Source: Tubulanus polymorphus (taxonomy: Eukaryota; Animalia; Nemertea). From it: 64,000 bases of DNA. Position 1 is the stretch's first letter. The number at the start of each line of letters is the position of its first letter. The stretch lies in NCBI RefSeq assembly GCF_964204645.1, contig NC_134032.1:6994275-7058274 (forward strand), given 5' to 3'. Positions 22,301 to 35,096 of the stretch are shown here, piece after piece. Both the position numbers and the translations under genes were made by a program. Below the pieces are notes generated by a model, which worked only from the letters and a program-made list of their open reading frames with translations, was not told the origin of the DNA and searched no databases.

Positions 22301-25300
22301 GCCATATAATAGCTAGAAAAGACATGAGTAGCAAATAATCACGAATATGAGAATGTTTAATGTATACACTGACTTTTAAGTGTTCTTAATATCCAGCAAT
22401 GATGAATAGTGTGTGTATTATTGAAGTTCGTTAGTGTCCATGTGAAGTAGGTATTATCGGATAAACGAAATGGCCTGGTCGCTTTCGGTCTATGTGTTTT
22501 ATGTTCTTATGTTACGGAATCATAAATAAAATAATCTAGTATAGGCCTACAAAGAAAGTCTTTACAGCGGTCAAATGCATGGTCTCGAAGAAAGAGCGCA
22601 CCATGCGAAAGTTACTTACAAATCGTGAATTATCAGGCCAGTAGTAGGCGGCATTGCAACTGATTCGAAATAGTTGTGTTATCACTAAGAAATATCACAT
22701 TTAGATTAATAGTTTTAGCCGGTGCTCGTGGTATTCTGATGCAAGATTGGTGTGATCAGATAAAACCAAATGATATTTCAATTTTCAAATAGTATAGTAC
22801 AATTGGTCGTTTGATTCAATTGTTCATTTTCTTGAAAATAAAAACCCTGATAGAACTGGAAGATGGAAAATCCTCTATGTTAATCCACTAGTTCAAAGCA
22901 AGTTTCGTCTTTCATTGGTAGGTCGACGTATTGGTTTGATGTCTGCTCGGGAATTCTATTTCTGACGAAATAGAATTACATCCAGTTGAAGAATTAACTT
23001 AAAGGATTTGAAAAAAAGATTTTAACGCCTGATTCATAAGTCCTCGTTCAATATCTTCTGATATCGGTCTCATAATCGGGCAACGCATATGGTATAGGAG
23101 CAAACCTCACGGGTTTCAAAGTCCTGAAATAGGCTTTTGAGATCGGAATCGCTGTCGTCATTTTGTTATCGTTTTAATACCTTTAAAATTATTTAGAGCT
23201 TATGTTATCTCTTATTTATTTGGCGTGTCCCTACAAACCCACCACACCTGAAGGGACTGAATTACGGGCTCAGATTTTGAAGTCAAAATTCGGGGTAACA
23301 AACATTCTATTCATGGATTAACGCAGATTCACTGAAATTTCAGTTTATATAAAACATCCCGTTAGGAAATTCCAGTTCAGTAAACAATTCCATTCAACCT
23401 GAACAGCAAGCAACGATCTGGGGCTTTTAGTGTCGTCATTATATAGGCCTACTTTGAAATTCTGAAATAACTGAGCCATATTGTCTGAAGTGCTGACTCC
23501 TACACCCTAAATTCTAGTAAAGAAATTATTTTTTCATGTGTCCAATCAGTATTTGATGAATCTATGCTAATGAACCTACATACAGATCGCATAGGAGACA
23601 CTTTAGGTGATGGTCTCACTGTATAAACTATAGGGTTGCTAATGTTCACCTATTGATGACGATCGTTCAGCCGCTCTCAAGAGCTATCAAGAATTCTTAG
23701 TTTTAATCCATCCCTAAATAAATTGGGCCATTTCTATTGAAGCCCGTTGCATTATACAAAAACAAGAGCATATCACCATAGTTGCACCATGGGCACGCTA
23801 TAACAAAAACAACTGAGGAGGTCAATAGTCAACGGGATCCAATATTCGCTACTCTGCTTTAAAAATAAAATGGACTTACGAAAATTGGAATACATCTCTG
23901 CAGTTCGCTTCAGGTCTTGCAAGAAAAAAGGAAAAACCACACTATCAATAACGATGATGTCTAAAATGTGCAATGAACATCTTTAGGCAAATACTGACCT
24001 TCAAATTCAAACATTGTATATATAGATTAATAATACAAAATATGATATACATTGATACACATAATTTAGTTATCGGGCCCATTGCAGGTCTACGAAATTT
24101 TCTGATATATTTTGAATGTGTATTTGTGACGCATTAATACGGTTGTTGATTGATAAGCGTGAGTCTATCCGGGTAACGGGTAATAATCCGCCACATGAAA
24201 ATCTCGCCCTTCCAAATTGAATTTCATAACATGTTAATCGATGATTCTCATCTTGATTAAGAAAAACATATAATGATTTGACTATTTCTACTGAGCACTA
24301 GATGATCGACAGTAATCCCTTCAAAGTGTTAAAAAGCGATAAATTCGCCATATAAAACAAAAGCGATCAGACCATTTTAATACCCCGATAACACTGATTT
24401 AGGCACGGGTATTTGTGAGAGCATCGCGATGGATTATTGCTGGAGATTTATAATAAAATTCAGAGCACTCATGCAGCATTGTAGTAAAGATTGACTGTTT
24501 ATTTCCTGACGCTCATTGTGGCCTATAGGCCTACACAAGAATGGAGATCAGATGAAATGAAGTCCTGTCATTCAACCAAACGGATATTCAATTAATTTCA
24601 TTAATAAAGAAGCAAACAAAACTAAAGAAATAAAATCGTTTCTTTGACAGAATTTGAACTTGGACCCTGAATGCTTTGTTTTGCACACACTCAGCTGCTA
24701 ACAAAATAAACAACGGTTTGTTTGGCTATTGCGCATGCAGTGACGTCATTGTAGTGTATAATACTAATTCTTGTGGTTTTTATTGGAGGTTGGAAAATAA
24801 ATGCGCTTACACTCTACAAATATGTTTTACACTCTATCAAGCATCAGAATTTGATAAAGTAACTTCCCTATATTAATTGTGACTTTTATAATTACGGGAA
24901 CTTTGTACCAGGTTTTGGAACTTAAGATTTCGATTGTTATAATATATTATAAAAAGATGTATAGTGCAACCCACTGGAGGTTTCAATTTAGGCCTAGAAT
25001 AGTTTTTTTGAGTTTTTCTTTATTTTCTACTTGATTTAAATTCGATTGCCTGGCAGGTTTAGAATTTTTAATGCTGCGTTAACTCTCAGATCCGTAAATC
25101 ACGGTATTTGACCATATTGGGCCATTAGAAAGACGGGAAATTATCGAAGGCTTCGATTCCGACATTCCATGTCAAAATGAGTTCCCGGAACTCACTGTTG
25201 CTGGGTTTTTGGAAACGCTTGCCATCGAGGATGGGAATTTGATTATTCTGGTGTCCGTTTTGTGCAAATCAATGACATAATAACACGACATCGCCAATTC

Positions 25301-25428
25301 TAAGCCGGCTTGAAAATGAGGTTAAGTGGTTCCCGCGGCTTCAATTCAAAGAAAACAGGTTTTCACCTACTTCAAATTTAAGCCGAAAACAGGGAAATTA
25401 ACTGTATTTTCCTTATTTGTCGCATACA
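19389..25428. repeat. ~6-kb imperfect palindrome (arms ~19389-21874 and ~22887-25428)
   Basis: Blockwise reverse-complement identity, e.g. tgtatgcgacaaataagg (19389) with ccttatttgtcgcataca (25428), and 20600-21430 with 23483-24328. Confidence 0.9.
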
Positions 25429-25624
25429 CCCTTTTTTATGATAAACTACATCATGAACTTTAATATGCGTTGTAGTGTCGAACTCTGAGAAATAGTTACT
25501 CGTTATAATGAATTGTTTACTAATGTTCTTTTTCAGGATTTGTTCTAGAGGTATCAGCGGGATATTCACGAGTTGGTTTAAATTCAAAATTTCGGGACGA
25601 AATTTAAACTGGATAGGAAGTGTT

Positions 25625-26013
25625 AGTAATAGGGGTAATAGGCTTTCATACCAAAGGTCGAACGGTCGAGTTCATTAAAAACAAAACATTAAAAGTAATT
25701 TAAAACTATAATATATTTTCATAACCGTGTGTATTTTATATTATAACTAAATATTTATTCTAAGATATCAATAATTTAAAAAGCATATTATATTAAATCA
25801 ATTGGTCGCTCCACTTCGCTACCGCTCCGCGACCAATTGATTTATTTACAATACACAAATTCATATAATCAAATATATTCAAATAATAATAATATTCAAC
25901 TGAAATACACACGGTTATGAAAATATATTATAGTTTTAAATTACTTTTAATATTTGTTTTTAATGAACTCGACCATTCAACCTTTGATATGAAAGCCTAT
26001 TACCCCTATTACT
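25625..26013. repeat. E2 left terminal palindrome (duplicated at 27818-28206)
   Basis: agtaataggggtaataggctttcata ... tatgaaagcctattacccctattact; central aattggtcgc...gcgaccaatt. Confidence 0.92.
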
Positions 26014-26221
26014 CTTAAAATATTCATATATATATGAATAACATTTAAATTGACAGATTATTCAATATAAAAGTATATATTAACAACATTATTTCAATAT
26101 TCATATTTGTGTGAGTTAGATGTTTAAACATTAAAAGTGTTAGTAAAGTGTGATTGAAATAATACATGATATAAATCATTGAACTTCTAAAATCAATTTT
26201 TAAAAAAAATTTGATATTAAA

Positions 26222-27496
26222 ATGGAAGCAAATAAGTACTACTGCCCAACATGTAATATCAATATAGATAAATCCCAAAAAGCAAGACACAATAAAACTA
26301 AAACACATTTAGAGAATAAATTGAATATAGAATATAAAGATGATATATTAGAAACTAAATTAGATGAATTAAAGAATGAAAAAGAAACATACAAATGTGA
26401 TATATGTTATCAATCATTCAGTGATAAAAGATATTATAATGAACATTTAAAATCTAAAAGTCATAATAGAAATAAGATTAATGATATTTTAGGTGAAGAT
26501 TATTTTGATAAAGATAATGATAAGAAACAGAAGACAATTAAAAGCATAAAAAATAAATTAAACAATAAAAGACCATACATGGAAGATGTAAGAAAATATA
26601 TTAATTCATTAGATAATAAAAAAGATATAGAGATAACCGAAGCATTTAAAAGTGATATTGGTCCAGCAGCTATCGAGTTTAAATTTCATAAAGGAAAAAC
26701 ATTAGAAGAAAATAAAAAACATTTAGAAAATATGAAAGAAATAATAAAAATAATAACTGATGTTGAATATCCTAAAATTAGTATATCAGTTAAAGTAAAG
26801 TTTATAAAATCTGAAGATAAACCAATATATAATATAAATTCTCATTCACAACATATTATATCTAAACAACATATAGATGATAAATTAGATAAATGTTATA
26901 ATGAAGTAAAAACTAAAATAGAAGAGAAATATTTTGAAGGATCTGGTTTAATATTTGATGAAATAATATTTATGACTTTACATGTGTATAACACAAAATA
27001 TAATAAGTTAACTAAATCAAAACCAATAGATGAAAATAATGTATCATATTATAAAGAACCAGATATTGAAGCATCGAGTTATATTAAACTACCATTTAAA
27101 ACTAATGCTGAAATAAATGTACAAAATTTTGATGATAAATGTTTTCTATGGACAATTATAAGTTGTTTACACCCAACAGAAGATATTACACATAGTTTTA
27201 GATTAACTCATTATAAACCATTTAAAAATAATTATAAGATAGATAAGTATCCTGTTAGAATTAAAAACATCCCAAAAATAGAAAGAGATAATAATATAAA
27301 GATAAATGTATTTGATTTAATCAAATTACCAAATACAAAAGGTAACAATATAAAGCATTATACATTAGAACCTTTATACCTATCAAAAGATTATGATTCA
27401 AACGATGTTATAGATATATTATATTATGAGAATCATTATATGTGGATTAAACAAATAGATTTATTTTTTAGAACAGAAAGTGATCGCCAATTCTAA
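26222..27496 (+). pseudogene. polB: Truncated 5' polB created by the tandem duplication
   Basis: Near-identical to 28415-29678, then runs into flanking DNA. Confidence 0.9.
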
Positions 27497-28414
27497 GCCG
27501 GCTTGAAAATGAGGTTAAGTGGTTCCCGCGGCTTCAATTCAAAGAAAACAGGTTTTCACCTACTTCAAATTTAAGCCGAAAACAGGGAAATTAACTGTAT
27601 TTTCCTTATTTGTCGCATACACCCTTTTTTATGATAAACTACATCATGAACTTTAATATGCGTTGTAGTGTCGAACTCTGAGAAATAGTTACTCGTTATA
27701 ATGAATTGTTTACTAATGTTCTTTTTCAGGATTTGTTCTAGAGGTATCAGCGGGATATTCACGAGTTGGTTTAAATTCAAAATTTCGGGACGAAATTTAA
27801 ACTGGATAGGAAGTGTTAGTAATAGGGGTAATAGGCTTTCATACCAAAGGTCGAACGGTCGAGTTCATTAAAAACAAAACATTAAAAGTAATTTAAAACT
27901 ATAATATATTTTCATAACCGTGTGTATTTTATATTATAACTAAATATTTATTCTAAGATATCAATAATTTAAAAAGCATATTATATTAAATCAATTGGTC
28001 GCTCCACTTCGCTACCGCTCCGCGACCAATTGATTTATTTACAATACACAAATTCATATAATCAAATATATTCAAATAATAATAATATTCAACTGAAATA
28101 CACACGGTTATGAAAATATATTATAGTTTTAAATTACTTTTAATATTTGTTTTTAATGAACTCGACCATTCAACCTTTGATATGAAAGCCTATTACCCCT
28201 ATTACTCTTAAAATATTCATATATATATGAATAACATTTAAATTGACAGATTATTCAATATAAAAGTATATATTAACAACATTATTTCAATATTCATATT
28301 TGTGTGAGTTAGATGTTTAAACATTAAAAGTGTTAGTAAAGTGTGATTGAAATAATACATGATATAAATCATTGAACTTCTAAAATCAATTTTTAAAAAA
28401 AATTTGATATTAAA

Positions 28415-31400
28415 ATGGAAGCAAATAAGTACTACTGCCCAACATGTAATATCAATATAGATAAATCCCAAAAAGCAAGACACAATAAAACTGAAACACA
28501 TTTAGAGAATAAATTGAATATAGAATATAAAGATGATATATTAGAAACTAAATTAGATGAATTAAAGAATGAAAAAGAAACATACAAATGTGATATATGT
28601 TATCAATCATTCAGTGATAAAAGATATTATAATGAACATTTAAAATCTAAAAGTCATAATAGAAATAAGATTAATGATATTTTAGGTGAAGATTATTTTG
28701 ATAAAGATAATGATAAGAAACAGAAGACAATTAAAAGCATAAAAAATAAATTAAACAATAAAAGACCATACATGGAAGATGTAAGAAAATATATTAATTC
28801 ATTAGATAATAAAAAAGATATAGAGATAACCGAAGCATTTAAAAGTGATATTGGTCCAGCAGCTATCGAGTTTAAATTTCATAAAGGAAAAACATTAGAA
28901 GAAAATAAAAAACATTTAGAAAATATGAAAGAAATAATAAAAATAATAACTGATGTTGAATATCCTAAAATTAGTATATCAGTTAAAGTAAAGTTTATAA
29001 AATCTGAAGATAAACCAATATATAATATAAATTCTCATTCACAACATATTATATCTAAACAACATATAGATGATAAATTAGATAAATGTTATAATGAAGT
29101 AAAAACTAAAATAGAAGAGAAATATTTTGAAGGATCTGGTTTAATATTTGATGAAATAATATTTATGACTTTACATGTGTATAACACAAAATATAATAAG
29201 TTAACTAAATCAAAACCAATAGATGAAAATAATGTATCATATTATAAAGAACCAGATATTGAAGCATCGAGTTATATTAAACTACCATTTAAAACTAATG
29301 CTGAAATAAATGTACAAAATTTTGATGATAAATGTTTTCTATGGACAATTTTAAGTTGTTTACACCCAACAGAAGATATTACACATAGTTTTAGATTAAC
29401 TCATTATAAACCATTTAAAAATAATTATAAGATAGATAAGTATCCTGTTAGAATTAAAAACATCCCAAAAATAGAAAGAGATAATAATATAAAGATAAAT
29501 GTATTTGATTTAATCAAATTACCAAATACAAAAGGTAACAATATAAAGCATTATACATTAGAACCTTTATACCTATCAAAAGATTATGATTCAAACGATG
29601 TTATAGATATATTATATTATGAGAATCATTATATGTGGATTAAACAAATAGATTTATTTTTTAGAACAGAAAGTGATCACCATAATAAAATGTATCTATG
29701 TAGAAAATGTTTACATAAATTCAGTAATGAAAGTACATTATTAAATCATAAACAATTATGTGAAAATCATGATTATTGTAAATTAGTTTTACCAAATGAA
29801 AAGGATAAAATATTAGAAATAAAAAAATATGATTACAAAAATAAAGTACCATTTGTAATATATGGAGATTTTGAATCATTAAATAAAGAATTAACTGATC
29901 AAGATAGAAAAGAAATATATTATAAAAGAAAGAAATTAAATTCTAATGAAAATTATTTTTCTGATGAACCACCAAAAACAAATACTATTAAAAAGATTCA
30001 TCAATCAGCTGCAGCTTTCGGGTTATATATTGAATCTGATTATCCAGAACTAATTGAAAGTGAATATTATGATTATAGAAATGAAAATGTTATCAATCAT
30101 TTTGTGACTTATTAATTGAATATGAAATAAGATTTAGTAAATTATTGAATACAAATATAGAAATTATAATGACAGAAGAAGATAAAGAAGAATTTGCGTT
30201 TGCAGATAAATGTTATTATTGTGAAAAGATATTTAATTATAAAGATAAAAAAGTAAGAGACCATGATCATTTGAATGGAAAGTTTAGAGGCGCCGCGCAT
30301 GAGAATTGTAACTTACAAGCTAAGAAAATTAACTTTGTACCAGTTATATTTCATAATCTATCAGGATATGATGCACATTTATTCATCAAACAGTTATGCC
30401 ATAAAATAGAAGAAATCAAAAATGAAATAGAAAGATTAAATTCAAATAGATCAAAAGATAAAATACCAACTTATAAATTTAGAATGTTAGCTAAAACATC
30501 TGAGAATTATATATCATTCCAATTTGGTTGCCTAAGATTTATAGATTCATATAGATTTTTAAATAGTTCATTAGATAACTTATCAAAATCATTAGTTGAT
30601 GATGAATTAAAAATATTAAAACAACATTACCCAAATAATGATGATTTTCAATTAATGAGATATAAAGGCGCAATTCCATATTCATTTTATAAATCACATA
30701 ATGATTTAAACATAACTGAATTATTGAAAGAACAATTCTATGATGAATTAAAAAATGAATATGTTAAAGATGAAGTAGATAATAGAACATTGAATATTTG
30801 GAATCATTTCAAAATAGAAAATCATGGACAATTAGTAGATTTATATTTAAAATCAGATGTATTATTATTAACGGATATATTCGAAAGGTTTAGAGATGTA
30901 AACCTAAAATATTTCAATATTGATCCTTGTCATTGTTATTCTAGCCCAGGTTTAACATGGGATTGTGGATTAAAATTTACAGATATAAAAATGGATTTGT
31001 TAACAAATATAGATCAATTACTATTATTTGAAAAATCTATAAGAGGAGGAGTTTCAGGTGTATTAGGGGATAGATATTTCAATGTAAATGATAACCCTGG
31101 ATATAAGTTATTATATATAGATGCAAATAATTTGTATGGTTGGGCAATGATGGAACCACAACCTTATGGAGTATTTGAATTAACTGAAGTTTTACAGAAT
31201 GAAAATAATGATAAATTTGATTGGAAGAAAAGAATTCTAGATATTGCAGATGATTCAGATACTGGTTACTTCTTTGTTGTAGATTTAGAATATCCTGAAC
31301 ATATTAAATTTAAATCTAGAAATCTAGCTTACTGTCCCGAACATAAAACTGTAACTCATGAAGAATTATCAAATTTCCAAAAAAGAATTAAACCTGAAAA

Positions 31401-32454
31401 TCATATTCATACAGAAAAGTTAATGGTAACTCAAGAAGATAAATATAATTATGTAGTACATTATAGAATGTTAAAGTTTTATTTGAATCAAGGAATGGTT
31501 CTAAAAAAAGTACATAGATATATTTCATTTAGTCAATCTAAGTGGTTAGAAAAATATATAGATTTTAACACCAAACAGAGAACTAAAGCTAAAACTGATT
31601 TCGAGAAAGATTTCTTCAAGTTAATGAATAATGCATTCTTTGGAAAAACTTGTGAAAATATTAGAAATAGAAATGATATTGAGTTAGTTAGTAATGGTAA
31701 AAGAATAAGACATTAACAATCATATCCTAAGTTTTTAGGTAACAGAATATTTGATGAAAATTTAGCCGCAGTTAAAATGAGAAGAACATCAATGAAATTT
31801 AATAAACCAATCTATGTTGGCGCTTCAGTTTTAGAATTATCAAAATTCCTAATGTATGAATTCTATTATAATATATTACAACCACTTTTTGGAGAAAAAC
31901 ATATAGAAATATTATATTTTGATACTGACAGTTACATATTAAAGATAAAAACTGATAACATAACTGATGATTTAAAAACATTAAAACATCATTTTGATTT
32001 CAGTAATTATCCTAAACATCATGAATTGTTTAGCAATGATAATAAAAAAGTTCCCGGTAAATTCAAAGATGAATTAGGTGGTGAAGAAATGATTGAATTC
32101 ATTGGTATTAGATCTAAAATGTATTCATATAAAACTAAAGAACATGAAGCTAAAAAGTTAAAAGGAATAACCGAAAGTGTAGTAGAAAAGAATATTCATT
32201 TCAAAGATTACATCAATTGTATATTCAATGAAGAAGTTAGAAAACATAAGATGGGATGTTTAAGATCTGAAGATCATGAAATGTTTATTGAAGAAATTGA
32301 AAAGATAAGTCTAAACCCATTTGATGATAAACGATATATTTTAGATGATGGAATTCATACAGTTGCTTATGGTTGTAATTTAGATGAATACTTAAAATTT
32401 AAAAGAGAAGAAACAAAAGAGAACGAGATACTGAAAAGAATTCTAACGTGTTAA
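28415..32454 (+). pseudogene. polB: pPolB of E2 (frameshift near 30100, stop at 31714)
   Basis: Three ORF fragments colinear with E1 PolB. Confidence 0.93.
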
Positions 32455-32483
32455 TCAAATTTTAATAAAAATATGTATTATAA

Positions 32484-32837
32484 ATGGAGAGTAAACAAGC
32501 ACACAGTGAGAACAACAAATTATTTCTAGATAGAATTAAAGATATAACAAATGTAAAATCTGTAGATTATAAATTCAAAAAGTTAACAGAATTAATAATC
32601 CATAAGAAATATCTAATTACAAGTATTGATACAGTTACTAACAAATATGGAGATAAATTAGTTATACACTTAGAATATGAAGGATTAAAAGGAAATACAC
32701 ATAAATTCAGAACATATTTACCAGATAGATTTCATAGATTATCAAGTGAAGATCTAGAAGAATTATGTTCTGGAGATTTCTATTTCGTATACAAAGGTAA
32801 GAATGAAAAGGGGCATCATGAAATAGATTTCGAATAA
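32484..32837 (+). CDS. Putative ssDNA-binding protein (E2)
   Basis: Orthologue of 11164-11505. Confidence 0.55.
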   Translation: MESKQAHSENNKLFLDRIKDITNVKSVDYKFKKLTELIIHKKYLITSIDTVTNKYGDKLVIHLEYEGLKGNTHKFRTYLPDRFHRLSSEDLEELCSGDFYFVYKGKNEKGHHEIDFE

Positions 32838-32854
32838 GAAAATATGTAAAATAA

Positions 32855-33608
32855 ATGGTGGAATTAAAAGAATACAGAATATTTGTAGATTCTAGATGAC
32901 TTACAAATTATAAATCTCATAATTTACTAGTACAATTAGATAGAGAATTCAAGAATTGTGTAGATTTAAAATTAGTAAATATAAGTTTATGTAATTCTTT
33001 TTACAATGTATCGGATAAAACTTTTGAACATAGAGGGTTTATGATTTATATGAGAAATAAAGATAAATGGTTTCATATATTTTTAAAACCAGGATTATAT
33101 AATTTAGATCATTAGCGCAGGAAATTAATAGAAGAGCTCGGTTGAAAATCGGGGGCACTTCTGTATTTGAAATTAAATTTAATAAAATTGATAGTACTAA
33201 TAAAATAAGAATAAAGATATCTAATGAACAACATAAATTTATGGTAAACAAACCACTGGCTAAAATGTTCGGAATTAAACCGCTTACAGTTACTGGAAAC
33301 GCAGAAGGCAGCTCAAATATAATACCTTTTACACACTTTTATATTTTTTGCAATTTAATCGAGCCTACAAAAACTTTCGAAGAAACTAAAGAAACAATTT
33401 GTAGTTCTAGTATACTAAATATTTTACCACTAAAAATGTTAAACAATTTGGAACTCAAATAAATTATGATTTAACAGAATGTGATTTTAAACCTTGCATT
33501 CCTAAATTTAATAATTTTAAATTAGAAATAAGAAATCACAATGGATATTTAATTGATTTGAATAACTTTCCTGTAATTTATGAATTAGTTATAAGATGTA
33601 AAGAATAA
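32855..33608 (+). pseudogene. Penton of E2, disrupted
   Basis: Starts MVELKEYRIFVDSR then TGA; 3' part matches the E1 penton with frameshifts. Confidence 0.78.
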
Positions 33609-33625
33609 TTTTTTTCACTATATAA

Positions 33626-33957
33626 ATGACTATAACTGTTGGGCCGAGTATATGTTTTGGGTTTGATTTTAAACATGAGAAAGAAATGAAATTTAACATT
33701 ACTGATGTAATTACACATATCAAAAATATTACATTTTCTGGTAAAACAACATTTGAGTATGAAACAACAATAGATAAAGAAACTTTAAATGTAGAAATTC
33801 AAGATTTTATGAATTAGATGAAGATTTTATCATCGATGATATTAAAAAAATAATAATTGAAATATATACAAATGAAACTAGTAATGAAATAAATGTTGAA
33901 TTAATCACAAATAAGATAACTACATATTTTGATGATAGTAATTTTTTTGATAAATAA
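33626..33957 (+). pseudogene. Orthologue of the 113-aa ORF with an internal stop
   Basis: Shared ITVGPSICFGFDFKH start and YFDDSNFFDK end. Confidence 0.7.
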
Positions 33958-34179
33958 ATGAGTGATAATAAGTGGATAATAACTGGATTATATAATGGAG
34001 CATTACTATCAGTTGGAACTGTTGGTTATTCAATGGTATTAAAAAAAGTATTCAAAATGGGAAGTGTTAGTGTTGATAGATTTGATATAAATGATATTTT
34101 AAAATTAACATTAGCAGTTACTTTATCTAATTTAACTATTGATTATTTGGAAAAACAAAAATATATTCCTTCCATATAA
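33958..34179 (+). CDS. 73-aa hydrophobic protein (E2)
   Basis: Orthologue of 9805-10026. Confidence 0.7.
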   Translation: MSDNKWIITGLYNGALLSVGTVGYSMVLKKVFKMGSVSVDRFDINDILKLTLAVTLSNLTIDYLEKQKYIPSI

Positions 34180-34203
34180 ATGCGTAATTATTTTACTAAA
34201 TAA

Positions 34204-34629
34204 ATGGCTTCTGCAATTATAACTATTATAGGATCAGCAATTGTTAACGCTTTAGCATTTACTGGTGGTGGTTATTTATTTAAACATATTGATAAAAATG
34301 GATCATTATCAGAACAAAAAAGACATAACTTAGCATTAGAAAAATACAATAAATCAGCAGAAGAATATAGAGAAAAGAGGCAAAACTATATGGATTACAT
34401 CAATAAAGAATTATATGATCAGAAGATTTCACATAGAGATTTTCAATCAGTCGATGATGCAATGAGTTTATATAACGCGGTAACAAATAAAGAAAAATTA
34501 CATCTATACAAACCTAAATTATCAGATTATTATACCCCAAGTAATGAACAGAAGAAATATGAAATAATATGGATTTTAGGTGTAACGGTTATTGTTATAT
34601 TTGTTGCTTATAAGTTTACTAATAAGTAA
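34204..34629 (+). CDS. 141-aa amphipathic/TM protein (intact)
   Basis: MASAIITIIGSAIVNALAFTGGGYLF; C-terminal IIWILGVTVIVIFVAY. Confidence 0.75.
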   Translation: MASAIITIIGSAIVNALAFTGGGYLFKHIDKNGSLSEQKRHNLALEKYNKSAEEYREKRQNYMDYINKELYDQKISHRDFQSVDDAMSLYNAVTNKEKLHLYKPKLSDYYTPSNEQKKYEIIWILGVTVIVIFVAYKFTNK

Positions 34630-34645
34630 TTTTTTTGCTAAATAA

Positions 34646-35080
34646 ATGGAAGATAAAGTTGATAATATTGATATTATTTCTCATGGTATAAATAAAACTA
34701 AATTAAAAACATATTTAGAAAAACAAATATTAGAATTTGAAAATGACTTAAAGATAAAAAAGAAAAAATATTTAAAAAGTAAAATTATATATTATTTGAT
34801 TATAAGTGGTTCGGTTACAATTAGTTCTGTAATAACATTTCTAGCAATATTCAGTCCATTAACACCTTTAGCTATATCGATTGGTGTATTAGGATTAAGT
34901 GCAAGTGTTTTAACTGGTATAAGTTCAAAATTGAATATAAAAAGTAATAAAGAAAAAATTAAAACTAATATAAAAGAAATTAATAAATTGAAGAATACGC
35001 TAGATTATATAATAAGTTTAAATGGCCATATAACAGTTGAAGAACAAGATAAATTATTAAAAGAATTAGTTAATTATTAA
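34646..35080 (+). CDS. Two-TM membrane protein (E2)
   Basis: Orthologue of 8901-9335. Confidence 0.75.
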   Translation: MEDKVDNIDIISHGINKTKLKTYLEKQILEFENDLKIKKKKYLKSKIIYYLIISGSVTISSVITFLAIFSPLTPLAISIGVLGLSASVLTGISSKLNIKSNKEKIKTNIKEINKLKNTLDYIISLNGHITVEEQDKLLKELVNY

Positions 35081-35096
35081 TTTTTTAGTTATATAA

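Larger units (their letters stand above)
25290..29678 (+). repeat. Tandem duplication, 2193-bp period, covering flank + E2 left end + 5' polB
   Basis: 25290-27485 is repeated at 27483-29678; ATC microhomology at the junction. Confidence 0.92.

Noticed and set aside
18171-25587. Short ORFs of 60-80 aa as host genes or exons
   Set aside because: No recognisable motifs; several lie in palindrome arms and are not preserved in the partner arm
25795-25845. Resemblance of the hairpin core (ggtcgc...gcgaccaatt) to the satellite core (gtcgcccgcgacaatt)
   Set aside because: Too short to distinguish from chance
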